DNA of 64,000 bases. It comes from Eukaryota sp. GEM-RC1 (Eukaryota). The notes below the pieces were generated by a model that was not told the DNA's origin, did not search any database, and saw nothing but the letters and a program-made list of their open reading frames with translations. The position numbers and the translations under genes were made by a program. Location: NCBI GenBank assembly GCA_040285855.1, contig JAUFOQ010000017.1:310001-374000 (forward strand), read 5' to 3'. Of the stretch, positions 62,912 to 64,000 are shown piece by piece; position 1 is the stretch's first letter, and each line of letters opens with the position of its first letter.

Positions 62912-63706
62912 ATGAATCACATCTTGATTGCCACTGTATTCTTTATCTTATCTTCTTCGCTTGTTCTTTTCATCAAGTATATATCTCGGAAACCACTGCC
63001 TATTCCATCTGTTTTACCCAAACACCTTGGTATCATTATGGATGGTAATGGCCGTTGGGCTCGCTTAAGAAAACTTCCAAGATCTCAAGGCCACAAGCAA
63101 GGTGGCAAAATAATTGGGGAAATCGTCAAACGCTGTGTTGAACTGGAGATTCCTTACGTCACTCTCTACGCTTTTTCCAAGGAAAACTGGTCAAGAAGCA
63201 CTGAAGAAGTTGAGTATTTGATTAAGTCAATGAAGCACTATCTGTGTCATGATCGTGATGCAATCCTTCAAGAAAATGTCCGGTTTAAAGCCATTGGTCA
63301 TCTAAACGACTTTGGCGATGACATTATGACTCTCCTTAAAGATGCAGAAGATCAAACCAAGAATAAGACAGGAACAACTGTTATCATGGCACTATCATAC
63401 AGTGGTCGTCAGGAGATTGTGGATTCTTGTAAAAGTATTGTTTCTCAGTGTTTAGCTGGTGAGGTTAAGTTGGATAATATCTCAATGGATATGATTTCAA
63501 AGAATCTTTATTTCTCTGAAGCTGGTGATGTTGATCTTCTGATACGAACTTCTGGTGAACAGCGGCTGTCTAACTTTCTGTTATGGCAGAATTCTTATTC
63601 TGAGTTTATTTTCTCTAAGGTTTTGTGGCCAGATTTCGGTGTTTCGCGGTTTAATGAATGTCTTAAAGTCTACTCTCGAAGACAACGTCGCTTTGGTAAT
63701 GCTTGA
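62912..63706 (+). CDS. uppS: cis-prenyltransferase, UppS-like, with an N-terminal membrane anchor
   Basis: PKHLGIIMDGNGRWA, YAFSKENWSRS, YSGRQEI, DLLIRTSGEQRLSNFLLWQ, LWPDF and C-terminal RQRRFG. Confidence 0.9.
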   Translation: MNHILIATVFFILSSSLVLFIKYISRKPLPIPSVLPKHLGIIMDGNGRWARLRKLPRSQGHKQGGKIIGEIVKRCVELEIPYVTLYAFSKENWSRSTEEVEYLIKSMKHYLCHDRDAILQENVRFKAIGHLNDFGDDIMTLLKDAEDQTKNKTGTTVIMALSYSGRQEIVDSCKSIVSQCLAGEVKLDNISMDMISKNLYFSEAGDVDLLIRTSGEQRLSNFLLWQNSYSEFIFSKVLWPDFGVSRFNECLKVYSRRQRRFGNA

Positions 63707-63909
63707 TGATGTGATGGTTTGCTTTGAGTGGTGTTTCTTTGTTTTTGTATTTTATTGTTTCAGTTTTGAAGGTTTTGTTTGACTGATTTCTATCACTTTT
63801 CTTTGGTTACTTTGAATTGACGTCCCCTATAAAAAAAGTGACAAACATTTCAATTACAAACAAAACAGCTTATTGATGGAGGGTAGAAAAATACATATCA
63901 TAATAAAAG

Positions 63910-64000
63910 AAACACTAGGCACCGAAAATTCCTGGTCAACAGTACCACAGTTTTTATACAACTTTGTGAAACTTGATAACTTAAATCTCTTATTCTGAGA
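63910..64000 (+). repeat. Dispersed repeat, copy of ~7770-7921
   Basis: GAAAATTCCTGGTCAACAGTACCAC...AATCTCTTATTCTGAGA, with an internal deletion relative to the first copy. Confidence 0.75.

Noticed and set aside
1..64000. tRNA, rRNA or snRNA genes
   Set aside because: None recognised by eye. tRNAscan-SE and Infernal would be needed to exclude divergent ones.

Overview
AT-rich, gene-dense nuclear DNA of a flagellated eukaryotic microbe, read with the standard genetic code (TAA, TAG and TGA all end genes). The intron architecture recalls metamonads, but that is inference. Recognisable genes: two F-box paralogs, a TPX2-like protein, an ENT-domain protein, BLOC1S1, a TPR protein, a TMEM192-like protein, an SPFH/band-7 protein, 60S acidic P1, a giant actinin/spectrin-like protein, DRC2/CCDC65, ABHD13/Bem46, TAF6 and a bacterial-type cis-prenyltransferase. 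A 25-kb block holds two tandem ~12-kb genes for ~3,950-aa multidomain surface receptors; their RCC1 propeller is far more divergent than the rest of the protein. Five tiny introns (27-32 nt) all place the branch motif YTRAY exactly 5 nt before the 3' end, and one appears to end in TG instead of AG. Intergenic DNA holds many distinct non-autonomous hAT-type elements with 8-bp TSDs, including a triple-nested stack, plus a 74-bp TA-flanked MITE. About 33 frame breaks split the long genes, nearly all at homopolymers. They are most likely long-read assembly errors, although four are shared by both receptor paralogs.
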